DNA of 64,000 nucleotides from Eledone cirrhosa (Eukaryota): NCBI GenBank assembly GCA_964016885.1, contig OZ024746.1, positions 10,850,001 to 10,914,000 of the forward strand, read 5' to 3'. Shown piece by piece: positions 14,249 to 28,147 of this stretch (position 1 is its first letter; each line of letters starts with the position of its first letter). The notes under the pieces were generated by a model. It saw only the letters and a program-made list of their open reading frames with translations, ran no database searches and was not told where the DNA came from. The position numbers and the translations under genes were made by a program.

Positions 14249-14594
14249 TTATATATATATGGGAGTATATGTGCTTAGGAGAGTGATAGATAGAGGAAAA
14301 CAGAAAGCATCTAGTTATATAATGCGTTTTTGAGTTTTGGGGTGAGTTTGGTAAAAGATGAGGTAAACGATGTATATTTTTCTGGAAATATTTTCGAAAC
14401 TGAATTCTTTCATATTTCATAAACATTGATGTAATTTATTATTTATAATTTTCTAAGGAATTGTTAACGTAATTAGGTATTTTAACTAACAAAGCAATAT
14501 AATAACTTTGATAAGTTTCGGCCAATATTAGTTCAGGCCATGTCTAACTTAATGGCTTCACCTTGACAGAATATATCCAAGATTGCAGATTTAA

Positions 14595-14815
14595 CCCTTT
14601 AGCATTTAAACCGACCATATCCGGCCAGAATTCTCTCACCACTTTCTGTTCAAACTGGCTGTATCTGGCTGCTCATACTGATGTTAAGGTATTGTACTCA
14701 AAATAAACAACACCAAAATCTCATAGATTCGATATTATGAGAGATAAGTATGTAAGATAAAGCTTTTACCGTGAAAGGATAATAGTAAATATAGAGTAAT
14801 GTAAATACTAAAGGG
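14595..14815. mobile_element. piggyBac-type MITE
   Basis: TTAA|ccctttagcatttaaa ... gtaaatactaaaggg|TTAA: imperfect TIRs with TTAA target duplication. Confidence 0.8.
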
Positions 14816-14866
14816 TTAAATGTATCTCTTTAACTGAACCGCCCCCACCCTCGTCTAAAGAACCTT

Positions 14867-15000
14867 CGGCAATTTGGCAGAGTGGTCAGGGCATCGGATT
14901 AAAAACGTTTCTGTATTTGTTTTGGTTGATTGTTCTCTGAGGTCAACTATGCCTTTCACCCTTTCAGAATCGATAAAATAGCAGTCAATTATTGGCCTTC
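14867..15000 (+). mobile_element. Old tRNA-derived SINE copy
   Basis: ttggcagagtggtcagggcatcgga...gaggtcaactatgcctttcaccctttcagaatcgataaaat. Confidence 0.6.
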
Positions 15001-15457
15001 TACCTATTACAGTCCAGTTCTGGGGTCGGTTCTCTGTCTGGGGAAGGATGGACACTACCAGGAGTAAAAGGCCTAAGATACATCGTGTAGGAAGACGATA
15101 CCTCTACCTCTTCATTAAGGTTTAAGGGCCGTTTACCTTACCTTGGTATTAATGATGTCTTGAATTTTTTACATGTATCAATTTCATAAAATTTATTGCT
15201 GTGTACAACCAATTATCTTTTTACACGGTGAAACCCCTGCAGTAAAATAGAAGAACTTCATATAACATTCTGCATGTGTCAATGTTTATGGGTTGAAGCA
15301 TATTGGTTTAGACAGCAACAAACCTGTTGAACTATATAACTATATAACAAATGGCCGTTAACCAAAAACCAAATATCAAATAGATTTCTTTGATCCGTTT
15401 TATCACCTGTAGTTAGTAGAATAGATATTCATGTTTAATGTAAACAGCAAAGAATTC

Positions 15458-15594
<137 letters not shown>

Positions 15595-16197
15595 ATATAT
15601 ATTCGCAATACTCCAGAAGCTCTGCTCTATCGATCTGTTTCCCGCTTTTCTCTTCTTCTCTCTCTATGCCCCTCTCATATCTCATCTCATGATTTAGACA
15701 TTCGTTCTTCTTTTCTCCCTCACTCTCCGTTCAGTATGTGGTTATATCTTAACCCGACTCTTTATACATATAGTATTCAGCTGCTTACAACAACCCTTTG
15801 TGCTGAGAATACTACAATTTTAAGAAAATTCATATATATATATATATATAAATAACATATAGAGTTAATAACTCATATAGATACCCTGCAATTAACAAGC
15901 TCAAAGTATAAATACTAAGCATTATAATATTAATATGTGTAGAAGTAAACACAGTAAAACGTGTCTAAAATTACGAGGGTAGATTACACCACAAATGTTA
16001 TATATCATTCAACCTGAATCATATGGGATTTTACAAGATTTCTTACAAGATTTCTCATACATACCATATCAATAACCATTTCATCTCGTGGACAGACTAA
16101 AGATTTAATCTGTTTCGCCCTGAATGAATCATGTGTGTAACAAGTAATCCGTAGGCATTTCGCCAGCATATATATATATATATATATACATATATAC

Positions 16198-16314
<117 letters not shown>

Positions 16315-16544
16315 GAAACACACAGATACATGCGGACACACACATATATACATGAATGCATCCGCACCCAACTGTGAGTTAAGGGTGCCAACTTCACCGA
16401 TGTTGCTCAATGAATGACTGGGACAGAACTATCCAGTTGAACTAGACTGAACCAGTATCAGAGTTAAAAATACATTATGAAGAGAGAAGAAACATTTAGA
16501 TATAATTAGTAATAAAATGTATCATACCTAAACTGCTTCTAAAT

Positions 16545-16634
16545 TCCTCGACTACGTAGTTTCGTGGCATAAACGAAAACAATATATCATAAAGATATAG
16601 AGTACTTGCGAGGTCTGCCGACTTATCAAGAGGA
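16545..16634 (-). ncRNA. Type I hammerhead, U3-A8 core variant
   Basis: Minus strand: tcctc TTGATAA gtcggca...tgccac GAAA ctacgtag TC gagga. Confidence 0.8.
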
Positions 16635-16653
16635 TACCTCATTTTACTAGTAT

Positions 16654-16731
<78 letters not shown>

Positions 16732-16941
16732 TATTTCGGCGGGTAGAAATAAGCAAAACTCAATTTCCGATTTGTGTGGCAAGCGCTCCATGGACCAAAA
16801 GAGACCAGAGCAATAAAGATATGTTATAAAGGCCATACAAACTGAGACGGCTGTTAAGAAGCTATCAACCACCTAAGCCCAAAAAACGAAGCAAGCTAAA
16901 CGGGTCAAACAAAATATGAAAGAAAAATTTACCCGGACCCC

Positions 16942-16999
<58 letters not shown>

Positions 17000-17155
17000 A
17001 ATATACACGGGTGTGTATGATTGTGTATAGAAGATTATATTAATAAGAGGAATTCCAACTTTGTCTGATTTACTCGTTTTATTTACAATCCTTTAAAATT
17101 TATAATGGTATTATAATGAAATAGTATGATAGAATATTAAATGTTCAGTGTTAAT

Positions 17156-17194
17156 TGAACAAGTACTTTCATGCTTTCGCAATCTTCAGGTTCA
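17156..17194 (-). ncRNA. Minimal type I hammerhead (U10.1-U11.1 mismatch)
   Basis: Minus strand: tgaac CTGAAGA t-tgc-gaaa-gca-t GAAA gtac TT gttca. Confidence 0.8.
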
Positions 17195-17204
17195 TAATGT
17201 GTGG

Positions 17205-17254
17205 TGACAGTCAAGTTTGCAATTTTTAACTGAAAATTGCAAACTTGACTGTCA
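17205..17254. repeat. Perfect 22-bp inverted repeat (hairpin)
   Basis: tgacagtcaagtttgcaatttt-taactg-aaaattgcaaacttgactgtca. Confidence 0.9.
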
Positions 17255-17493
17255 TCATATCTCACCCGTTTCTTACTTGGAGACTTTACTTCGATAATTA
17301 TTTCTAATCCAATCCTATAGGAACCTTACATTTACATATATTCTTATTTACACCTTAAGATAATTACTTATCATAACCAATATCTTATAATTTTACATTT
17401 ATATCTGGGAATAATCAGAACTTTCCATAGACATATTTTTCACTTGAAGCTGGTCTTTTTGTACAGAACCGTTTCGATGTTATAAGGCTATTA

Positions 17494-17950
17494 GGGCGAT
17501 GGATTGGCAGTATCAGTAGAGCGTCCACCAACTTACTTTGTGGTGTATAATTACGTCCCCTTACGTTCTGAGTTCAGATGCCGTTGACGTTAGGTTTGCC
17601 TTTCATCCTTACGGGGTCGATAAAATAAAACACCAGAAATGCACTGGGTTCAATTTAATCGACAGTCCCCTCCCTCCAAATCTTTGGCCTTGTGCCTTAA
17701 TCAGAAATCCTTAGTTTTTTAAACTAAACGGGTGGTAGATTGGCGGTATCGGTAGAGCGTTGGATAACACGCTTTGCGGCATATAGTTACGGCCCTTTAC
17801 CTTCTGAGTCCAAATCCGCCAAGCTAGCTTTTCGCTCCATCCTTACGTGATCGATAAAATAAAGTACCAGTAACGCACTGAGGTCGATTTAATCGACTTT
17901 TCCCTCTCATTCAAATTGCTGCCCTTGTGCCAAATGTAGAAATTATTATT
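17494..17950 (+). mobile_element. Two tandem tRNA-derived SINE copies (17494-17710, 17729-17950)
   Basis: Each has g(g/a)..gattggc(a/g)gtatc(a/g)gtagagcgt head, catccttacg(g/t)g(g/a)tcgataaaataaa core and ccttgtgcc tail. Confidence 0.85.
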
Positions 17951-19203
17951 TTTAATAGTATACAGATATTTTTGTTCTTTACATTAATTTAAAAACAACA
18001 ACAAACAATGCCTTGCGATGTATTTATCGTTTAATAATCGTATAGATGATATTATTTTCGATTTACTCCAAACTTCAAAAGCTAATGCTCTAATCTATTG
18101 AAATTGTGCCACAATAACGATATGTACATAATTCTATTACCCTATTCTGGAAATATTTCTTTTGCAAAGATATTGTGTTGTTATTTTCTTGCACTTACTT
18201 CATTGATCTGAAGTTGTTTAGCTGCTTGAATTGTAATATATTTTCAATAATAACTGTAAATTCCAAACATAATTGACCTTTGAACATTCTTTATTTGTTT
18301 ATTCGACACTTACAGCTCGAATCTCTTGGTTGAAAAACAAAGCATAAACATTTTTGTGCATCATGAATTTCTACAATTCGATAAAATGTTACGTTCTTAT
18401 GATTTTTATCCCGTTTTACTAGTTCAATGATTTTAGCTTCCGTTAGAATACAGAGAAACAATGTATAGTTTTAAAACTATCTTCCTTGGTCTATATTTTC
18501 CCTTTCCAACTTCTATTTTCTTCATCTCCGCCTTTATTTTTTTTTAGATATCTGGAACAAAGTGGGAATCTCTTTTTGTATTCACACGACTTATATTTAT
18601 TCCACCATATTTATTCAAATATTAAATATATTATTCAAATTAAATATTTATTCAAATTAAATATTTTTATAATATAAAATATCAAAGTTTATCATTTCAT
18701 AAAGTCTTCAGTATTATGGTAATATTTATACGTATAAGTTAGATCTGAAAGGTAAAAATCATTTGTAAACATTTAGCTAAAACATTTCACTATTAACATT
18801 TAATTCTCCATATTCTTAGCTTTACTTAATTATTCCGTGATTAATGAAGCCAACTTTATTTTCATGATTTCAACAGTTAAAATAATCGATACAATCGTAT
18901 GTATACTCAACATGCTCGACATACATAGTCATTGAATCAAGATCATATGTGGCATTCCTGCTTTTACGTCTTCCCTCTTATCGAACAATATTTAAGCCAA
19001 CTCAACGTTTCTTGTTATATGTTTTTAAATTTCTTTACTCTCCTCATTACAACTAATTAGTTCCACCGTCTTAAAACTATTTATACAATAAATTTCAATT
19101 ACTCCAATACAATTTAAGCGGCGAAGTTTGGCAAAAAAGACCCATAAAAATATATATCCTATATATTCGTAGACACACACACATATTTATACCTATATAC
19201 ATG

Positions 19204-19328
<125 letters not shown>

Positions 19329-19385
19329 ATACATATTTATACCTATATACATGCACATATATATGTATATAAACATTAACATATG

Positions 19386-19485
19386 CAGCATGGCCCCAAA
19401 AATGTATACACACTTTGATTAACTCTACAGACAATATTTATTAGAATGCTGTCGAAGTGTGTATACATTTTTTGTGGACACCCTG
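19386..19485. mobile_element. Tc1/mariner-type MITE
   Basis: Imperfect TIRs cagcatggccccaaaaatgtatacacactttga / tcgaagtgtgtatacattttttgtggacaccctg followed by TA. Confidence 0.7.
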
Positions 19486-19896
19486 TATATGTGTGTATAT
19501 AAATGTATGTTCACACACACACAAGAACATACAGGCATACACATGCACACACACGTCATGTACATAGATAAATGCACATCTTGAAATGCTAAGTTTTCCT
19601 CTAGCTATTTTCTATCAAATAATATCACTAATCTGTCAGCATTTATCCAACTCTATTGACATGAAATCTTTGCTTACCACTAATTACTTCAGGGTAAAGG
19701 AAAGGAAATTAACTTTTGCCTGTTATTGTAGACACACACACCACACACACAGACACACAGACACACACAGATATAAATATATATGAATATATATATATAT
19801 ATATATATATATCTATCTATATATATATCTATATATATATATCTATATATATATATATATATCTATATATATATATCTATATATATATATATATAT

Positions 19897-20058
<162 letters not shown>

Positions 20059-20067
20059 GTATATGAA

Positions 20068-20137
<70 letters not shown>

Positions 20138-20163
20138 TTATATATATATATATATATATATTA

Positions 20164-20202
<39 letters not shown>

Positions 20203-20326
20203 CATCCATACATATATATATATTTATATATCTATATATATTCGTATATAAATATTTAGATATTATATATGTGTGTATATATATATGTGTGTGTGTATAT
20301 ATATATATATTTAGCATATATATGTA

Positions 20327-20387
<61 letters not shown>

Positions 20388-20540
20388 CCTACTAAATAAT
20401 GACACTCGTTTTCGAAATATACAGTTGTATTAATTCTGGCAGAAACACTGTAACATTTTAAATCCCCATTATTCGGAGACAGCAGCAAAAAAATAGATAT
20501 AGATATATTTATTTACCACACCACATTTTATTAACAGTAA

Positions 20541-20603
20541 TACTCTTTTACTCTTTTACCTGTTTCAGCCATCCGGCTGAGGCCATGCTGGGGCACCGCC
20601 CTT
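20541..20603 (-). mobile_element. SINE/LINE 3' tail fragment
   Basis: Minus strand: ggcggtgccccagcatggcctcagccggatggctgaaacaggtaaaagagtaaaagagta, a stem-loop followed by a short tandem tail. Confidence 0.6.
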
Positions 20604-21147
20604 GTATGTTTATTCAAATGTATATGTTTATTCAAAAGTAAACCACCTCTTTTAAAGAAATATTTTCCTCAATCATTTTCGCTGTTGTATGTCTATTTCA
20701 AACTGACGACGGGCAAAGCCTTCCACTGTAATAACGTTTTTCTTTCATTTCTCATGTGATAAATATTATATTTTAGTCCACGAATACTGGCTATTACAAG
20801 GTAATGCTTGTTAATAAAAGAGTTTAGAAACATGTTAGCACAAATTTTCCTGACTAACACGAATTTCTGAAGAAATTCCGTGACAGTACTGCTAATTATG
20901 TATCTTACAAATTCCATATGTGATTGGTTTGTATTTTTCCTGTGGTGCTAATTACAAAACGGAATAATTTTGCTGTGGCTGATAGAGAGAAAGGACGATA
21001 TTCTGGTACGGTAGTCAAAGAAATCTAAGTATAACAATTTGGTTTATATAACGATTATGCTTTTTATTTTATTTTTAAATGATATATGTTAAAATTAATT
21101 ACATTTTAACATCTAGTTGGATTCTTGATATTATTATGGTTGCCGTC

Positions 21148-21370
21148 AGGGTGGTAGGTTGACAGAATAGTTAGAGCGTCGGAAAAACTCTTTACGGTAA
21201 TTATAAAAGCTTTTTGCGTACTGAGTTCAGATCCCACCAAGGTCAACATTGCCATTCTCCTTTCTAAGGTCGATAGAATAAAGTACCAATCAAGCACTGG
21301 AGTTGATATAATAGACTTACCCATCTTCATAAATTGCTGGCCTTGTGCCAAAATTAGAAACTATTATTAT
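21148..21370 (+). mobile_element. tRNA-derived SINE, diverged
   Basis: Head, gagttcagatccc B box, ggtcgatagaataaagtacc core, ggccttgtgccaaaattagaaac tail. Confidence 0.8.
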
Positions 21371-21986
21371 AGTTGCAGTTTTGTGCGACACCTCTTTAAA
21401 GGGCTCGTTTATTGTGGCGAGTATCCGGAATGTTGCCAGATACTTACCTCAGTCTAGCAGATAGATCTTTTGGTTCATTGAACGTCAACTATTACATTTT
21501 ATAGATGGTTAGAATCGCTACAATGATCGACGAAGTCTGTTTTAGAAGCCTCTGTGGATGAGTTTCCAGTCGGGAATTATAAATAATTTTCAAAGGACCG
21601 TAGACTGGTATTGCTACAAGATGTTTTGTCTAGTTATAATAAACCGTGTACACATAGCCATTCTGGAGTAGCCAATGATGAAACCTGTCTACGTTACATA
21701 ACAACATTCTATTCAAAGGATGAGGCAAAGATGGCCTTGAAATCTGAACAGAAATATGAAAAAATCAAAAACAAAATAAATAAACAGAAACATTTAATAA
21801 AAATAGAATAAATTCATATACAACCCTGTCTTTAATATGGCATCTACAGACACACACAAACACAGACACGCAGCACACACGCATACATACATATGTATGT
21901 ATGTAAAAAATGTATGTATGTATCTACGTATGTATGTATGTATATACGTATGTATGCATATATGACTATATATATGTATGTATTAT

Positions 21987-22171
21987 ATTGGCAGTATCGG
22001 TAGAGGGTCGGACGCCATGCTTTGCAGCAAAGAGTTATGGCCCTTTATGGTCTGAGTTCAAATCCTGCCGAGGTTAACTTTGCCTTTCATCCTTACGGGG
22101 TCGATAAAATAAAGTACCAGTAATACACTGGGATAATTGCTGGCCTTGTGTCAAAAGTAGAAATAATTATA
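21987..22171 (+). mobile_element. tRNA-derived SINE
   Basis: Close match to the copy at 45094-45287. Confidence 0.9.
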
Positions 22172-23231
22172 TAAATCCACACCCTAACAGTAACTCCTAT
22201 TTTATTTTACGACAGAGAATAAACCAATAGAGAAACATATTTTATAGAACGTCAATGGAACAATCCAGAACTTTAAATTTCATTTTGACACGCTTGGTAT
22301 TCATAATATCAGGATTAGAAGGTAAGCTGACACTATCTCTATTACATTTCTGCTCTATACTTAATATTTTTACTTAGAACATTATTATTTAGAACATTTT
22401 AACTTTTAACAAAGAATCTATATAATACTTGATCACTTTTAAATTTAATCTCCAAATTTCAAATATTATGCTTCCATTTTCTGTGGTTGTTTATCATTTT
22501 AGGAAGTAATTCATTGTTTTCATTTCTTAGATCCCTTTATTATTAAATATTGCAGGTTTTTTCAAAATCTCATATCACAGAAATGTGAATATTTAACAAA
22601 AATATATATTTGAAGCCAAGATATATGAAGGAACATGTTTGAACGTAACAAATAAGTGGTAGATTATATTTGATATAATCAAGATTTCGGTGTTTAGAAT
22701 AAATAATGTTTTAGTTTCTATATATCTTGTTTCTTGCTAAATCTTGATTTTTAAGGTCTTTGCTTAACAAACTTTATACAAAACATCTGTGACACTTTGT
22801 TGTAGAGTCTTTGTTTCAGATTACAGCGATAACATGTTGACAATGGAGTTTTAATTCGTAAAATTACTTTAGATATTTTCAAAACTGTTCATCGCTTGAA
22901 TAACAATGCATAAGTGCTAGTTAGTTTCTACCATTACCATTAAACAATTCAGCAAGCTGCTCTTTTGTACTCGTTAACCTAAAAGTTATAATGATATATC
23001 AATCTAGTTTCTTTATTCTTTATTCTTTAATTGATTTCCAACATGAAAGTATGGCATTGCTGAAGAACCGCTAAGAAAGTTAGTTATGAAATACGTAATC
23101 AACCATGAAAATAGTCCAGAATATTAATATGATGTGCTCAGTCAGACGAATTGTTCAAGTGACCATCTAATAGATCAAGTGCCATAAATTAACAGACTAG
23201 AATTTAAATAATAATACTACTAATAATAATA

Positions 23232-23317
23232 TTTTAGGCACAAGGCCAGCAATTACCCCAGAGCATTACTGGTACTTTATTTTATCGACCCTGTAAGGAT
23301 GAATGGCAAAGTTAACT
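23232..23317 (-). mobile_element. tRNA-derived SINE, 3' half
   Basis: Reverse complement of the core and tail of the main SINE family. Confidence 0.8.
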
Positions 23318-24208
23318 GATGTCTTTGCCCCCAGAGCATCATCTGTGTGACGATTGTATTATCAAATTTTGCCTCATGTGTCATGTTGACACATGACGTA
23401 GTTTGAGAAAGAAACAGAATTCAAAGGAAATCTCAAATAATAAAAATAATAATAGCAAAAAAATACTAACAAGAAAGACAAATATTCATCAATTCGAAGA
23501 TACATATATGCTAAGGACTTCTCTCTTTAATTTCTTGAAACAAATTCATCCTGAAGTCATATTCTTCATACGTATTACTTTTACTGATTGTTTTATTATA
23601 CATCGATAACACGACGATAAGCAATATATTTATGAATAGTTAGTTCGATTAGATTTGACCTGGGGATTCACAAAAATAATACATATGTACAAACACGAAA
23701 ACGTGCAAGAATCACTTCGTTTATCTTCAATTACAATTTACTACAAATAAAAGATATGTCAGTATCCTATGAAAAGTAGAAATGTTTACTATTGCGCTCT
23801 ACACCATAGAATGTCTCAAATTAAGATGAAGGTGTAGAAAATATGAAAATTTAAATTTTATTTTTTCTACCGTTCACATTACTTTATTAGTTAAAGTAAA
23901 ACAGACCATCACATTTTGTTCTGTTTGGTCACAACGCCTGTTTGGTCACTCCTGAGCTCGTAACTAAACTACATGTTACGGAAACATTCACCAGTGATAC
24001 AGTGCTTCGCTGTTTGAACCAAGATTCATATTTACTGTTCAGACACACACTTCAACATCAGTGCTGGTGGTAAATAAAAAAGATTAACTTTTTAGATGGT
24101 TGAATGAGATGTCTAAAGTCATTGTTTGAAATGAAAGAATTATCTTGAAAGATAAGGTTTCCTAACTTCTGGGAAATGTCTTAACCGATATTAACATTTA
24201 TTTTTTAG

Positions 24209-24377
24209 AACAAACAAAGGTCCCCACAAAATATTCAAATCTAGAGAGGATTGTAAATGGTCATAAATCGCAGGAATGTCAATTCTCTGGAATTGTGCAC
24301 ATCAATGGGGCTAACGGGTTCCAATGTGCCGGCAATCTGGTGGATAGAAACTATGTGTTAAGTGCAGCTCATTGTGT
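24209..24377 (+). CDS. S1 serine protease exon: propeptide, activation site, catalytic His
   Basis: AG/GT flanks; QTKVPTKYSNLER-IVNGHKSQECQFSGIVHINGANGFQCAGNLVDRNYVLSAAHCV. Confidence 0.93.
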
Positions 24378-24682
24378 GTAAGTATTACCGACATATATCT
24401 ATGATGTATATGATAGCTAGATGTACATGTGGAATTTGCGCCTCGGGTCAGTCCATATCTAACAGAATTCTCATTAGATGATTTCTATTCTTAACTATGC
24501 CATCCTTTTAGGTATACATAAAAGAATTACATTATTTAATGTGTTTTTTCCATACACGATTAGAATCGAATAAGTTTCGGGGGGGGGGGGGAGATAGGCT
24601 CAGTCAGTGATTCACGGGCCGTCTAGGCTTTGTGTTGATGTTATATGGCTCTATGTTCCATGGTTGCTATATAATTCGATCG

Positions 24683-24731
<49 letters not shown>

Positions 24732-24866
24732 AGTATATTCGGCAATGTATGTTTAATTAAAAACATTTAGAAGACCATTCGCTATGAGTTTTAAAGTCAC
24801 TTACTTATTCTAGGCAAAAACGACAGAGAACGACCGACAGACAGTCTGTTTCTCGCTTGTGAGAGC

Positions 24867-24926
<60 letters not shown>

Positions 24927-25147
24927 GTGTGTGTGTGTGTGTAGGAAGTGTGTAACGACAGTTACAGGTGATTTGGCAACCACTTCCAAAGGTCCGTCAC
25001 ATATAAGCTTAAACTTCTATGTAGCTAAGGACGAAGGGCAGCTGTAACCTGCATAATAAAAGCAAGCAGCCTATAAATGATTCAAACTTGACACTTTGTT
25101 CCTGCTTACTTTAATGTTGATTATACTATTTCACTCTGCTATTTCAG

Positions 25148-25278
25148 TTCGAATCGGGACCGTATCTCAGATCTGACTATTTCCCTGGGCTCTACTAAAC
25201 GAAGTCACGCTACCACCAATCGCTATGTTTCGAAAATGATCATTCATGATAGTTTCCAACAGGATTACGCAAATTATT
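25148..25278 (+). CDS. S1 serine protease internal exon
   Basis: tttcag/gtgagt flanks; phase 2 to phase 1 fits both neighbours; SNRDRISDLTISLGSTKRSHATTNRYVSKMIIHDSFQQDYANY. Confidence 0.88.
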
Positions 25279-25301
25279 GTGAGTAGCTGTCTATCTATCT
25301 A

Positions 25302-26251
25302 TATCTCTTTCAGGCGCTCACAGCCCTCTACCAAGCGGAAACGGCAATCAGCGGAGGCTCCACTTCGACATTCTATAGGGGATTAGTGAGGATAAGTGCG
25401 ACGACGTTCTCGGGGAAACTCTTGGCATCGAGGAGGACGAACTGACCAGTCTGTTCGGGAGGACTTTCCGTCCAGGGCCTATGGATACTTTCCAGAGGTC
25501 TCTGGCTTGGCAGTGCTACCGAGGAGCTCTACCAGTTTGAGACAAAATCTACAGGCACGGACGCCCTGGCAGAGATCCTGCCAAAATGACCTGTTCAAGA
25601 TTCGAGCAGGACATTGAAACCGTTCTGCACGCAATTGTTTAGTGCCCAGGGGGTGACCGACCTGGGGAATTATGTCGAACAGCTACTGTCACGTGTGGGA
25701 TGCATCCAGTTGTCAGCCGAGTCCATCGTGAGGATCACCCCGCCGCCTTCATTTAAGAATGAAGGAGAGGCGGTTTTCCTCTGTCTGGTGGCTATGACGA
25801 AAGAGGTAATATGGTGGACGAGGTTAAAAGGACTGAGGGCAAACACCTTTCTCTCCGGACAACAACTCATCCCTTTCTTTAGGTACCACTTTAGAAGGAG
25901 AATCAGAGTGGAGAGAGAGGCACTGCACCCCAGTAAATTTACTGAAAGGTAGCAAAAATGGCCCGAGTGATTGGGCCTTCTCTGTATATAAACCTGTAGG
26001 TTGAAGAAGAGAGCAAAAGGAAGAAACGAGCACTTGCACAACACACTCCTGGAGTTGAGGGTTGTTCTATCGGCGGGGTATTAAACAACCCATTTCTAAC
26101 GCCTCCCCTCTATTGGGGATTTCGATTGTTAAATTTGTTTGTTTTAATAATATTTGTACACGACTGTATGTAAAATCCCAGGCATGTGTCTTTGTATTGT
26201 CCCCTTTTCTTGTGCGCCCTTGTGGCAAATAAAGAAATATCTATCTATCTA
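25302..26251 (+). mobile_element. 5'-truncated Tx1/L1-clade LINE (ORF2 C-terminus and 3' UTR) in protease intron
   Basis: FQRSLAWQCYRGALPV*DK...TCSRFEQDIETVLHAIV*CP (zf-RVT-like), TKEVIWWTR; aataaa near the 3' end; tctatctatcta on both sides (25290-25301, 26240-26251). Confidence 0.85.
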
Positions 26252-27619
26252 AGACTATTAATAACGTTATTAATTACAATTAATTATCGGTCAATTTTCA
26301 TAAAACATGTTTTATTTCAAACAGTATAATGATAGAAGTACAATAGCGTTAACATTCTAGATAAACACCAGCGTTATCCACCCACTAGTGTTTGTGATCG
26401 TCTGGGTATATTCTCGACTGACTTCATCAGAAACTCAAAGTTTTTGGTTTTCTTCCTTCGCCCACAGGACAAAATAGCATGGAGTTAAGTTAAGGCTTCT
26501 TGCTGGTTATTCCTGTCAACAATAGAATCTTTTATTGACAAATTACATAATCATCATATTGTATTTATTTCAAATATGTGTTCGAAAAATAACTCAGTCA
26601 ATGTATGTGTGTATGTACGCGTATATATATATGTATGTGTGTGTAAAAATTATAATTTTCAGACATTATCCATATTAACCATTAACCACAGCTTTAGCTA
26701 TCCATTTTCCCATGTCTAACATTCTGGAGATTCTGAGCTACTATAGTGACTGATTCTATTCCTAGAATATCCTGGTTAAATAAGACAAATTAATAAATGC
26801 ACATAATAATTATGTATTTACACACGCTCGTTCATGTGCTTATATACATACATTAATTCCGTTGCCTGGTGAGCAATTTAATATAAATATTGAAATTAAC
26901 CTCTAGCATAATCACTAATAGGATGCATATTAATACATGCAGTTTACTGTTGCTGCATTTGGTAGTTGCTATAAAACCATTAGTTGTGTATTTCCTAGTA
27001 GGTGGCTAATGATGTCGACACACCAGATGAGATCTCAATAACGGTCAAAATTTGATTAAGGATGTTCATCATTTGATTAATCTAGGAAGAAATACTGTAG
27101 ATTTGATATGTTTAAATGTCTCTATATTCACTGTGTATATCTATATACAAATTTGTGCATCTTGGTTAATTCTCAACTGTAAATGTACAGATATGTATGT
27201 GTATTTATTGTATATTTCAATTGCTTAGTCTGTAATTTATGAATGATCATTTTAGTTCACTGGGATATTACGTAGATGCAGGATGATTGTGTGGAGAGGA
27301 AAATCATAACTACATAGTTTTGGGTTCGATGCTATAATTTGTTACCTTAGGAAATTGTTTGTAAATAACTTCTGGTCGACCAAAGTATTGGGCCAGGCCA
27401 TGTCTAAGATAGTAACACCAGCTGATAATATATATATTGTTGCCTGAATGTGTGGTTGTAATCAGTAAAGAAAGAGCCTTCAATGTGTAATCATAATGGT
27501 AAATATATTACAGTATATAAAATACATGACAAACTGGCGTATACCTTCCTTGGTACTCCGAGTTTCCCGAAGCGAGTTGATTTTAGGCCAGTTTAGCACG
27601 TATTTTATACAATATATTC

Positions 27620-27650
<31 letters not shown>

Positions 27651-27710
27651 AATCAGGCTACTACATATAGTAGCCTGTATATTCCTTTCATGCCTGTATA
27701 CTCTCTTCAT

Positions 27711-27831
27711 TCTCGCAAGCTCCGATGAACTGACTGGTTATAATTTTGTATTGGCGATCGAGTAACGCGAAAATAAGCGGATAGCGATCTCTAGACCTAC
27801 CAGTTCAGAGAAACAATTGTCAGCAATGAGA
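27711..27831 (+). ncRNA. Type I hammerhead, CCGAUGA core variant with long stem II
   Basis: tctcgcaagct CCGATGA a-ctgactggt...accagttcag-a GAAA caattg TC agcaatgaga. Confidence 0.7.
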
Positions 27832-28074
27832 TTAAAAACCTTTTTTGAATAGCAAACCGTGTCACGCTCCTTTCCTGATTTATTATTACTCCAATGTTTA
27901 CAACATAGGAATTACAGCGTACTCGCAACATCACTATGAAAACGCCTTGTTGAGTCAAACTTAGCCAAGCATTAATATCATCCACTACCCGGAATACCAT
28001 AACTCGACTACACTTAAGTGGATTGCATATAACTATTATTTGTTACCCCGTATATATATATATATATGTATATA

Positions 28075-28103
28075 TATATTTATAAGCGTTTGCTTAATAA
28101 TAA

Positions 28104-28147
<44 letters not shown>

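Noticed and set aside
20918-21005. Candidate first exon of the protease (ATG TGA TTG GTT TGT ... TCT G/gt)
   Set aside because: Stop at codon 2, mediocre signal peptide and weak donor; cannot be supported without transcripts.
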